Assembly: GCA_040877915.1 (NCBI GenBank)
Contig: JBBDNA010000012.1
Coordinates: 41,102 to 105,101, forward strand
DNA from: Dehalococcoidia bacterium
GTDB taxonomy: Bacteria; Chloroflexota; Dehalococcoidia; SM23-28-2; RBG-16-64-32
DNA: 64,000 nt
Reading direction: 5' to 3'
Part shown: positions 24,005 to 31,958 of the stretch, piece by piece
Layout: every line of letters starts with the position of its first letter
How positions within the stretch are numbered: position 1 is the first letter of the stretch
The notes under the pieces: generated by a model
Database searches by the model: none
What the model saw: the letters and a program-made list of their open reading frames with translations, nothing else
What the model was told of the DNA's origin: nothing
Program-made: the position numbers and the translations under genes

Positions 24005-24358
24005 TCAGAACGATAGCACCCTGTCGGAGTCCGCAATCCAGGCGACAAGGTCCTTCATCCCCGCGGATTGCGCCTCCGGCATCGTCTCTCCCGCGCCGAT
24101 GCCACAGCGGTTGAGACAGGTCTGGCAGAGCCGAACCTCCGCCCCGTCCGCTATCAGCCGTCGCAGCATCTCCGGCAAGTCGAACTCCGCGCCCTCAGGG
24201 GCGGCGCCCTGCCGCGCCAGATCCACGCCGTCGTTCATCAGGAACATCCTCACCGCCATACCGGCCTCGCGGGCCGTGCCGGCCAGCCGCAGGGCGTTCC
24301 AGACGACGTCCGTCCCATCGTATGGAGCGTGACTGATCACGAGGAGCAGGGTGGTCAC
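24005..24358 (-). CDS. DsrE/DsrF-like sulfur-relay family protein
   Basis: TLLLVISHAPYDGTD and a C-terminal Cys cluster RLCQTCLNRCGI. GTG at 24358 lies 8 nt after GGAG. The rest of track ORF 24005-24841 overlaps dapB out of frame. Confidence 0.8.
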   Translation of the reverse strand: MTTLLLVISHAPYDGTDVVWNALRLAGTAREAGMAVRMFLMNDGVDLARQGAAPEGAEFDLPEMLRRLIADGAEVRLCQTCLNRCGIGAGETMPEAQSAGMKDLVAWIADSDRVLSF

Positions 24359-24375
24359 GTCGCGCTCCGCATCCT

Positions 24376-25170
24376 TTACTCTATCCCGAGGAGCGGTTCC
24401 AGGCCGAGCACCAGCTCTTCGCGCTTCATGACCTCTCGTATCGCCAGCAGCACGCCCGGCATGAACGACTCGCGGCTCGTGGAGTCGTGGCGGATGGTCA
24501 ACGTCTCGCCGGGGCCGCCGAAGATCACCTCCTGGTGAGCGACGAGGCCGGGCAGTCGCACGCTGTGGATCGTCACGCCGTCCACGGCGCCGCCACGCGT
24601 GCCCTCCACCGTCTCGCTGCCGGAGGGCGGGCGGTGGAAGGGGTCGTCGCGAGCGCCGGCCATCTTGCGGGCGGTGGCTATGGCCGTCCCCGAAGGGGAA
24701 TCGGCCTTGCCCTCGTTGTGCATCTCGATGAGCTCCGCGCTGTCGAAGAAGCGCGCAGCGATCCCGGCCAGGTGGGCCATGACCACGGCGCCCAGCGCGA
24801 AGTTGGCCGCGACGATCGCGCCCAGCTTGCGCTCGCGGCACTCGCCCTCCAGCTCGTTGACGAACGCCTCGGACAGGCCCGAGGTGCCGATAACCAGGCG
24901 GGCACCGGCCTCCAGCGCCTCACGCGAGACGCCCGGGGTGTACTCGGCGTTGGTAAAGTCGACGACGACATCCGGCCGTGTGCGCGAGAACAGGGAGGCG
25001 GCGTCAGCGCCGAAGGGGATGAGGCCAGAGCCGTCCGGCAGCGACAGGTACTCCTCGCCGGCGTGGCGAGAAACCACGCCGACCGGTTCCATGTCCGGTT
25101 CCGCTGACACGGCGGCCAGGACCTGCCGCCCCATCTTACCCGTGCCCGTCACCAGGACCTTAATGGGCAT
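24376..25170 (-). CDS. dapB: 4-hydroxy-tetrahydrodipicolinate reductase
   Basis: VLVTGTGKMGRQV and EMHNEGKADSPSGTA (E-x-H-x3-K-x-D-x-PSGTA signature). Confidence 0.93.
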   Translation of the reverse strand: MPIKVLVTGTGKMGRQVLAAVSAEPDMEPVGVVSRHAGEEYLSLPDGSGLIPFGADAASLFSRTRPDVVVDFTNAEYTPGVSREALEAGARLVIGTSGLSEAFVNELEGECRERKLGAIVAANFALGAVVMAHLAGIAARFFDSAELIEMHNEGKADSPSGTAIATARKMAGARDDPFHRPPSGSETVEGTRGGAVDGVTIHSVRLPGLVAHQEVIFGGPGETLTIRHDSTSRESFMPGVLLAIREVMKREELVLGLEPLLGIE

Positions 25171-25191
25171 GGGGCCGTTCCGTATTCGGGT

Positions 25192-27666
25192 TTACCAGCG
25201 CCGCTCGGGCGGGCTGGGCGGGGGAGGCGGGGGATCGCCGGGCTCGCGTCGGAAGCTCGTGCCGCCGGGGCCGGGACCGCCGCTGCCACTGCGGCCGCCG
25301 TAGCCACCGCCGGGGGGGCCACTCCGCCGGGGGCCGCCGCCACCACCACCGCCACCGCGGTATCCGCCGCCACCGCCGCCGCCGCCACCGCCACCGCGTG
25401 GCCGGTTGTTGCCGCCGCCACCGCCACCACCGCTGCGACCGCCGAAGCCACCGCCGCCGCCGCCACCACCACGGCCACCGCCGCCGCCGTAGCCGCCACC
25501 GCCACGAGGACGCCGGTCGCGCTCACCGCCGCGGTCCCCACGGTCACCCACTGACGCCATCTGTCCCTCGCGGGAAGCTTCGCGGGCCTGCTCCAGGGTC
25601 AGGCCTTCGAGGACGGCGCGGCGGGAGAGGTTGACGCGGCCCAGGTCATCGATCTCGATGACCATGACCATTATCTCGTCGCCGATGTTGACCACGTCCT
25701 CGGGACGCCGGACCGGCGTCTCTGACAGATCGGGGAGCCGCACCAGGCCGTCCTTGCCGGGCAAGATCTCGACGAAAGCGCCGAAGGAGGTGAGACGGCT
25801 GACCTTGCCGTTGTAGGTCTCGCCCAGCTCCACATCCTTCACCAGGTCTTCGATGGCGGACATCGCCTTGCTGGCCTGCTCCTCGTTGGGTGAGCCGATG
25901 AACACGGTGCCGTCGTCCTCGATGTCGATCGTGCAGCCCGTCTCCTCGATGATGGAGCGGATCATGCGACCGCCGGGGCCGATGACGATACCGATCTTTT
26001 CGTGGGGGATGGTCATGCGGTACATGCGCGGCGCGTAGGGCGAGAGTTCCGCCCTGGGCGCGGCTATGGTGTCCTGTATCTTGCCCAGGATGTACAGACG
26101 CGCCTCGCGGGCCTGGGCCAGCGCCTCCTTCAGGATCTCGAAGGTCAGGCCCTTGATCTTGATGTCCATCTGGAGCGCGGTCACGCCCTTCTCGGTGCCC
26201 GCGACCTTGAAGTCCATGTCGCCCATCGCGTCCTCAAGGCCGGCGATGTCGGTGAGGATGCGGTAGTTGTCGTCGCCCTTGATCAGGCCCATGGCGATGC
26301 CGGCCACGGCAGCGCTAATGGGAACCCCCGCGTCCATCAGCGAAAGGGTGCTGCCGCAGACGCTGGCCATGGAGGTGCTGCCGTTACTGGACAGGACCTC
26401 CGACACGAGGCGGATGGTGTAGGGGAACTCCTCTTCGTCGGGGATGATCGGGAACAGGGCCCGCTCGGCCAGGGCGCCGTGGCCGATGTCGCGCCGGCTG
26501 GGGCCGCGCAGGAATCGCGCCTCGCCCACGGAGAACGGCGGGAAGTTGTAGTGGTGGAGGAAGCGCTTGCTCTCCTCCGGCTCGATGGTGTCCATCCTCT
26601 GGCGATCGCCCACGGAGCCCAGGGTGGTGATGGCGAGGACCTGGGTCTCGCCGCGGGTGAACAGGCCGGAGCCGTGGGTGCGCGGCAGCAGGCCGATCTC
26701 GCAGCTGATGGGCCGTATCTCGTCGCTGGCGCGGCCGTCCGCCCGCTTGCCCTCCTCCAGGATGCCGGAGCGAACGGAGGCCTTCATGACGTCCCGAAGG
26801 GCGGACTTGATGTGCCCCTCCTCGTGCCCGTCTCCCAGCGCCTCGATAAGCTCCTGTTCTCGCTCGCCGACGACGGCGTCGCGTTCGTTCCTGGCGGCGC
26901 CGATGAGATCCCAGTCCTGGGCCTGTACGAACTCCCGCACGGCGGCCAGTGTCTCTTCGGGCAGGGAAGCGATGTGGGGCTCCGCCTTGGCCTTGCCGAT
27001 GCGTTCCGCCATCTCCTGCTGCAGCGCGATGAGGTCGGCGTTGGTGTCCTGTCCGATGCTCAGCGCCTCCAGGAGCAACGGCTCGTCCATCTCGGAGGCG
27101 CCGGCCTCGACCATAACGATGGCCTCTCGGCTTCCCGCCACGACGAGGTCGAGTTCGCTATCGTTGAGCTGGGCGAAGGTTGGGTTGATGATGAACTCGC
27201 CGTTGACGTAGCCCATCCGCGTAGCCGCGATGGGTCCCTCGAACGGGATGTTGGAGATGGTGAGGGCGGCGGACGCGCCGGCGATCATCAGGATGTCGGG
27301 GTCGTTCTCCTGGTCGGCGGAGAGCACCGTGCCGATGACCTGCACCTCGTCCCGCATGCCCTTGGGGAACAGCGGGCGCAGCGGCCTATCGGTCAGGCGG
27401 CAGGTGATGATCGCCTGGCTGCTGGGCCGGCCCTCGCGGCGGAAGAAGCTGCCGGGGATCTTACCGGCGGCGTACAGCCGCTCCTCGTAGTCCACGGTCA
27501 GGGGGAAGAAGTCCGTGCCTTCCCGGGGCGGCCCCATGACCGCCGTCACCAGGATCATGGAATCGCCGTATCGCACGACGACGGCGCCGTTGGCCTGACC
27601 GGCCACGCGCCCCACCTCCATACTCAGCTCTCGGCCGCCAATCGTACGGCTGAACGTCTCTATCAT
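25192..27666 (-). CDS. pnp: polyribonucleotide nucleotidyltransferase (PNPase) with a C-terminal Gly/Arg-rich extension
   Basis: Two RNase PH domains, KH (GPGGRMIRSI), S1 (GKVSRLTSFGAFVEI), then a 122-aa RGG-type tail. I chose ATG at 27666 (MIETFSRTIGGREL). The ORF stays open to a GTG at 27693. Confidence 0.96.
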   Translation of the reverse strand: MIETFSRTIGGRELSMEVGRVAGQANGAVVVRYGDSMILVTAVMGPPREGTDFFPLTVDYEERLYAAGKIPGSFFRREGRPSSQAIITCRLTDRPLRPLFPKGMRDEVQVIGTVLSADQENDPDILMIAGASAALTISNIPFEGPIAATRMGYVNGEFIINPTFAQLNDSELDLVVAGSREAIVMVEAGASEMDEPLLLEALSIGQDTNADLIALQQEMAERIGKAKAEPHIASLPEETLAAVREFVQAQDWDLIGAARNERDAVVGEREQELIEALGDGHEEGHIKSALRDVMKASVRSGILEEGKRADGRASDEIRPISCEIGLLPRTHGSGLFTRGETQVLAITTLGSVGDRQRMDTIEPEESKRFLHHYNFPPFSVGEARFLRGPSRRDIGHGALAERALFPIIPDEEEFPYTIRLVSEVLSSNGSTSMASVCGSTLSLMDAGVPISAAVAGIAMGLIKGDDNYRILTDIAGLEDAMGDMDFKVAGTEKGVTALQMDIKIKGLTFEILKEALAQAREARLYILGKIQDTIAAPRAELSPYAPRMYRMTIPHEKIGIVIGPGGRMIRSIIEETGCTIDIEDDGTVFIGSPNEEQASKAMSAIEDLVKDVELGETYNGKVSRLTSFGAFVEILPGKDGLVRLPDLSETPVRRPEDVVNIGDEIMVMVIEIDDLGRVNLSRRAVLEGLTLEQAREASREGQMASVGDRGDRGGERDRRPRGGGGYGGGGGRGGGGGGGGFGGRSGGGGGGGNNRPRGGGGGGGGGGGYRGGGGGGGGPRRSGPPGGGYGGRSGSGGPGPGGTSFRREPGDPPPPPPSPPERRW
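25195..25560 (-). repeat. coding low-complexity (GGN)n tract forming the PNPase RGG tail
   Basis: The plus strand shows long ccgccgccacc runs. Translation gives GDRGDRGGERDRRPRGGGGYGGGGGRGGGGGGGGFGGRSGGGGGGGNNRPRGGGGGGGGGGGYRGGGGGGGGPRR...PPPPPPSPPERRW. Confidence 0.9.
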
Positions 27667-27712
27667 TGTGTTTTGGTTCCTCTCCTCACTCACTCTGGAG
27701 TGGTTGTGCGCA

Positions 27713-27730
27713 CCCCGGCCTCGGCCGGGG
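27713..27730 (-). promoter_or_regulatory. GC hairpin in the rpsO-pnp intercistronic leader
   Basis: CCCCGGCC-tc-GGCCGGGG. Its position parallels the pnp leader hairpin that is processed for autoregulation in E. coli. Function here is inferred only. Confidence 0.4.
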
Positions 27731-27799
27731 AGGCTATATCTATACCGGTCCTATGGTCTGAGCGAGGAGCGCCGCTTTGGGCGGGCGGAGCGTGTTCCG

Positions 27800-28066
27800 C
27801 TACTTGCGGATGCCAAGCGAGGCGATGAGCGCCTTGTAGCGCTCTGGCTCTGTCCTGCTGAGGTAGCGCAGGAGCCGGCGTCGCTTTCCCACGATCTTCA
27901 TCAGGCCGCGCTGCGAGTGATGGTCCTTGCGGTGCTCCCGCAAGTGATCCGTCAGCTGCCTTATCCGCTCCGTCAGGAGTGCTACCTGAATACCGGTGGA
28001 GCCGGAGTCCGTAGCATGCAGACGATGCGCACCGGTGATGTCTTCCTTCGCGGTCTTGGTCAGCAT
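27800..28066 (-). CDS. rpsO: 30S ribosomal protein S15
   Basis: GSTGIQVALLTERIRQLTDHLREHRKDHHSQRGLMKIVGKRRRLLRYL is the conserved S15 core. 88 aa. Confidence 0.97.
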   Translation of the reverse strand: MLTKTAKEDITGAHRLHATDSGSTGIQVALLTERIRQLTDHLREHRKDHHSQRGLMKIVGKRRRLLRYLSRTEPERYKALIASLGIRK

Positions 28067-28119
28067 GCTCGCGTGGCCAGTGCCTTACGCGTCTTTCCTC
28101 CTCTTTCTCTTTCGCGGCG

Positions 28120-28149
28120 AGTATAGCACAGCCAAAGTGACCCTTGCAA
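28120..28149 (-). promoter_or_regulatory. sigma70-like promoter for rpsO
   Basis: The minus strand reads TTGCAA (28149-28144), an 18-nt spacer, TATACT (28125-28120), followed by an AGAGGAGGAAAG SD. Confidence 0.5.
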
Positions 28150-28210
28150 TTGGGCCGGGGTATACTTGACCGGGAATAACCACCCGCAGGCAATCATCGA
28201 TCTTACATAT

Positions 28211-29698
28211 ATGGCCAAGGTTGCGCTCGTAACCGATAGTTCATCGTGCCTTCCGGCTGAATTGCTGGCGGCGCACGAGATCACCGTCGCGCCGCTGGCT
28301 ATCCTGTTCGACGGCGAGATGCGCCAGGATGGGACCCTCAGCGGACGCGAGTTCTACTCCCTGCTGCGAGGCGTCCGCGAGTTCCCGACGACGGCCTCGC
28401 CGGCGCCCGCCGCCTTCCTCGATGCCTTCCGCGACGCCTCCCGCCGGGCCGAGTCCGTCCTCTGCGTGACGATGTCCTCCCGGTTCAGCGGGACCTACAG
28501 CTCGGCGCTGACCGCCGCCGACATGGCGCGACAGGAGTTGCCGGAGTTATACGTCCGCGTGATCGACTCGCGCAGCCTGGCCATGTGCCACGGCTTCGCG
28601 GTGCTGGCAGCGGCGCGGGCGGCGCAGGCCGGCGCGGACATCGACGAGGCGGAGGCCGTCGTCCGCGACGTCGCCGCCAGGGCCTACCTCATCGGCGTCA
28701 TCGATACGATGCGCTACCTGGCCAAGAGCGGCCGCGTCCCCCTGGTCATGCACTGGGCCACGTCGCTCCTGCAGATCAAGCCCATACTGGAGGCCCGCGG
28801 CGAGGAGGTCCACGCCGTCGGCCGGTCCCGCACGATGCCCCGCGCGCTGACCCGCCTGCTCTCGCGCCTGGGCGAGGGTATGGCGGTGGAGAGGCCGCTG
28901 CGCATGGCGGTGATGCACGCCGACGCGCCGGAGCGGGCGCAGGAGGTGGCGGTAGCGCTGCGAGACCGCTTCCAGCCGGACGAGTTGCTGGTAACGGAGT
29001 TCACCAGCGTAATGGGCGTGCACGCCGGCCCCGGCTTCGTCGGCGTGGCGCTGGTCGCCGGCGATCCGGCGCCCGCGATGCCAGTCGGGACGGCGGCGTC
29101 GGCGCAGGGAGAGGACGTCGCCAGGCTCGAGGAGTCTCTCGGCGACCTGCCGGCCCCCGCCGGCAGGCCCTCGCTCGTCGTCGTCGCCGGGCTGCCCGGA
29201 AGCGGCAAGAGTCACTTCAGCCGCGAGCTGGCCCAGCGACGCCCGCTGGCCCACCTGGACAGCGACGCGTTGCGACGAGCCCTGTTCGAGCGGCCCACCC
29301 ACAGCGCCGAGGAGAGCGCGCGCCTGTTCGCCGCCGTGCACGCCCTGATCGAACGGCTGCTGGCGCGGGGAGCGAGCGTCATCGTGGACGCGACCAGCGC
29401 CAGGAAGGCCCACCGCCGGCTGCTGTACGAGATCGCCAAGCGGGCGGGCGCGGGGCTCGTCGTCGTCGAGACGGAAGCGCCGCCGGACGTGGCCATCGAA
29501 CGGCTGACGGCGCGAACGCGACGGGCTGACCCCGGCGACGCGTCGGACGCGACGGTGGCGGTCTATAATAGGATGCGAGCGGCCTGGGAGCCGATCGAGC
29601 GGCCCCATGTGCGCGTAGACACTTCGAAGGACCTTGCGCCAGCGATCGAGGAGGTGCTGCGGCGGCTGGAGAACGTAGGCCAGAGCGTGGCCGGTTGA
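28211..29698 (+). CDS. DegV-family fatty-acid-binding domain fused to a P-loop (AAA_33/zeta-like) kinase domain
   Basis: N-terminal VALVTDSSSCLP and a DegV-length domain of about 280 aa. A linker follows, then VVVAGLPGSGKSH (Walker A) and a domain of about 170 aa. ATG at 28211. The TTG at 28166 overlaps a TATACT box (28161-28166). Confidence 0.85.
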   Translation: MAKVALVTDSSSCLPAELLAAHEITVAPLAILFDGEMRQDGTLSGREFYSLLRGVREFPTTASPAPAAFLDAFRDASRRAESVLCVTMSSRFSGTYSSALTAADMARQELPELYVRVIDSRSLAMCHGFAVLAAARAAQAGADIDEAEAVVRDVAARAYLIGVIDTMRYLAKSGRVPLVMHWATSLLQIKPILEARGEEVHAVGRSRTMPRALTRLLSRLGEGMAVERPLRMAVMHADAPERAQEVAVALRDRFQPDELLVTEFTSVMGVHAGPGFVGVALVAGDPAPAMPVGTAASAQGEDVARLEESLGDLPAPAGRPSLVVVAGLPGSGKSHFSRELAQRRPLAHLDSDALRRALFERPTHSAEESARLFAAVHALIERLLARGASVIVDATSARKAHRRLLYEIAKRAGAGLVVVETEAPPDVAIERLTARTRRADPGDASDATVAVYNRMRAAWEPIERPHVRVDTSKDLAPAIEEVLRRLENVGQSVAG

Positions 29699-30225
29699 GG
29701 CTTGCGGCGCTCGCCCTAGCGGCGGCCATCATTGTGGCGCTGGCCGGCTGCAGCAGCGGCGGCGGACGTCCGGAGTATGCCTACGAGGTCCAGACGTTCG
29801 AGGACAAGGGACGGGAACACCTGCCTCAGGGCCAGGAGTACAGCTTCTACAACAGCAACCCGCCCACCTCCGGCCCGCATGCGCCCGCCCCGGCCCCCTG
29901 GGGCGTCAGCGATACGACCCTCCCCAAAGAGGTGCCCGTCCACAACATGGAGCACGGCGGCGTCGTCATCTGGTACGACTGCTCGGCGGGCAGCGCACCT
30001 CTGGACGAGGCGGGCTGCGGCGAGCTGCGCGACCAGCTCAGAGGCGTGACCGAACGCAAGATCGACGAAGGGAAGCAGGTTCTGACCGTGCCCTTCTCTA
30101 GCCTCGACCACCGCATCAACCTGACGGCGTGGACGACGCTCGACGGCTTCGACGAGTTCGACCAGGAGCGGGTGGAAGCGTTCATCGACGCCTACGACCG
30201 CTGGTTCAACCCGGAGGGGTTCTAG
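29695..30225 (+). CDS. DUF3105-like lipoprotein
   Basis: Lipobox LAGCSS. PPTSGPH and HNMEHGGVVIWYDC match my recollection of DUF3105. The TTG start overlaps the previous stop (TTGA). Confidence 0.75.
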   Translation: MRLAALALAAAIIVALAGCSSGGGRPEYAYEVQTFEDKGREHLPQGQEYSFYNSNPPTSGPHAPAPAPWGVSDTTLPKEVPVHNMEHGGVVIWYDCSAGSAPLDEAGCGELRDQLRGVTERKIDEGKQVLTVPFSSLDHRINLTAWTTLDGFDEFDQERVEAFIDAYDRWFNPEGF

Positions 30226-30560
30226 TGCTTGGCTTAAAGCCCTACCTGATCGTGCGGGCCAGCGTGGACCCGTCCGTGATGGACGACTTTTACCGGTGGT
30301 ACGAGCAGACGCACCTGCCGCACGTGATGGAGATCCCGGGCATCGTCAAGGCCTATCGCACGAACTGGGGGCGCGGCCCGGCCAACTGGACGGCGTTGTA
30401 CGAGTTCGACAACGAGGAGTCAGTACAGCGGGCGCTGAACAGCCCCCAGGCCACGGTGGCGCGGCAGGACTGGGAGCGCTGGCTGCCCCACGTCAGCGAG
30501 CTGACGGTAGAGGTGTACGCCGTGCTGGGCCCCCTGCCCACGTACCACCACTGGAACTAG
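30225..30560 (+). CDS. small alpha/beta-barrel-like protein (EthD/DUF4286-like), hypothetical
   Basis: GTG overlaps the previous TAG (TAGTG), 5-6 nt after GGAGGGG. 111 aa, sequence YLIVRASVDPSVMDDFYRWYEQTHLPHVMEIPGIVKAYR. Confidence 0.55.
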   Translation: MLGLKPYLIVRASVDPSVMDDFYRWYEQTHLPHVMEIPGIVKAYRTNWGRGPANWTALYEFDNEESVQRALNSPQATVARQDWERWLPHVSELTVEVYAVLGPLPTYHHWN

Positions 30561-30561
30561 G

Positions 30562-30880
30562 CCACGTATTCCTACGTGCGGTGTAGCGCAGCCTCGTAGG
30601 TTGGGGGCTTCAGGCCCCAACTTGCGGGGGTCTTGAGACCCCCGCCTACGTTGCCGGGAGACAGGTGTAGGGGCGCAGCGAGCAGCGCCCCTACAATCGT
30701 GGATCCGCGGGCGGGCGACCCGAAGGTCGCCCTTACGTGGGTCTGGGACGCCCCCTAAGGGGCCGCTAGCCCCCGATGCTTGGCTCGGGAGGGCGCAGCG
30801 AGCAGCGCCCCTACAATCGTGGATCTGCGGGCGGCCTACCTCTAGTGCCTGCCCTGAGCCTGTCGAAGGGTCGCCCTTAC
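30562..30880. repeat. dense cluster of GC-rich hairpins including a 43-nt direct repeat (REP/BIME-like)
   Basis: Hairpins CACGTA..TACGTG, GGGGGTC-ttga-GACCCCC, GTAGGGGCGC-agcgagca-GCGCCCCTAC (30667-30694) and GGGCGACC-cgaa-GGTCGCCC. The 43-nt direct repeat GGCGCAGCGAGCAGCGCCCCTACAATCGTGGATC(C/T)GCGGGCGG sits at 30672-30714 and 30792-30834. CCTGAGCCTGTCGAAGGG at 30853 recurs at 59560. Confidence 0.8.
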
Positions 30881-30902
30881 GTCTGACGCGGGCCAGCCAG
30901 CG

Positions 30903-31823
30903 CTAGCCCCGGCTCAGGCCAGCCTCAGCCTCCGCGCCCGGTTCGGAAGCCTCGCCGGTGTCGGCGGGGAGCCAGCCCCGCAGGGCCGGCCAGGGGGAGC
31001 GCTCCATCGCCTCGATCATCGGTGGGTATGCCCAGCGTCGCAGCGCGAAGGCCACGCCCAGCCCGGCCAGCGCCACGACCCCGCCGGCCGCCGCGTCGAG
31101 GAAGAAGTGGTTCGCCGTCGCCGATATGGCCGGGATCTGGCTCAGCGGCAGGAATACCCCGATGGGCAGCGTGATCCACATCCAGGGCTGCTTCCAGGAC
31201 GCCCAGACGATACCGATCCCCAGCAGCAGGTCCCAGCCGAAGTGCAGGCTGGGCATCGCCGCGTAGGGGTTCACGAACGCCTTCGTAGACTGCGCCTGGT
31301 AGCCGTAGCCCAGGTACTCCAGCATCGTATCGAAGAAGCCCTGGATGTAGACCGGACCGCCGTTGTCGAACTCCGCCGCCAGCTCCGGCAGCACCCGCGG
31401 CGGCGCCACCGGGTACAGCCAGTAGATGACCAACGCGATCGCGCCCGAGGCCAGGAAAGCGTCGCGCATGAGCGTGTACTTACGCCGCTGGCCGTAGTAC
31501 AGGTATATCCCGAAGGCGATGATCAGCGGGAAGTGCAGCCAGAAGTAGACGATGTTCGCGGTCTGGGCCCAGAATCGACGCTCCTGTATCCACTCGTTCA
31601 TGTCGTCTTCCCAGAAGATGCCCAGCCAGCGCTGGGCGTCGATCACGTCCAGGGCGTGGCGGTAGGCGACTTCGGGACGGTCGATGACGGCGCCGCGGAC
31701 CGCGAAGTACAGGAGAAATCCCAGGCCGACGATCAGGGCCTCGACGAGGTCACGCCGGCTGAACAGGCCGACGAAACGGCTCCAGGCTGACCGGGCGCGA
31801 GAGGGCAGGCTCAGGTCAGACAC
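30903..31823 (-). CDS. PAP2-superfamily membrane protein (phosphatidic acid phosphatase / IPC-synthase-like)
   Basis: Six or more TM helices. AMPSLHFGW and a downstream H..D-type motif region are typical of the PAP2_C branch. Confidence 0.75.
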   Translation of the reverse strand: MSDLSLPSRARSAWSRFVGLFSRRDLVEALIVGLGFLLYFAVRGAVIDRPEVAYRHALDVIDAQRWLGIFWEDDMNEWIQERRFWAQTANIVYFWLHFPLIIAFGIYLYYGQRRKYTLMRDAFLASGAIALVIYWLYPVAPPRVLPELAAEFDNGGPVYIQGFFDTMLEYLGYGYQAQSTKAFVNPYAAMPSLHFGWDLLLGIGIVWASWKQPWMWITLPIGVFLPLSQIPAISATANHFFLDAAAGGVVALAGLGVAFALRRWAYPPMIEAMERSPWPALRGWLPADTGEASEPGAEAEAGLSRG

Positions 31824-31958
31824 GGCATTGTAATACTACACCCCGCGACCAGAGTCTAGGCCGAACGAGGATACGTTTCAAGATGGCGCGGGCGGCTTTG
31901 ACCCTCGGCGAGGCGCTCGGCTATGATTGCCATTACATCGCCGGGAAAGGGGACAATC

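Noticed and set aside
24359-24841. Upstream extension of the DsrE-like ORF (track ORF 24005-24841, 278 aa).
   Set aside because: It overlaps dapB out of frame and is Arg/Gly/Pro junk. A GTG with GGAG at 24358 gives a normal-sized DsrE-family protein.
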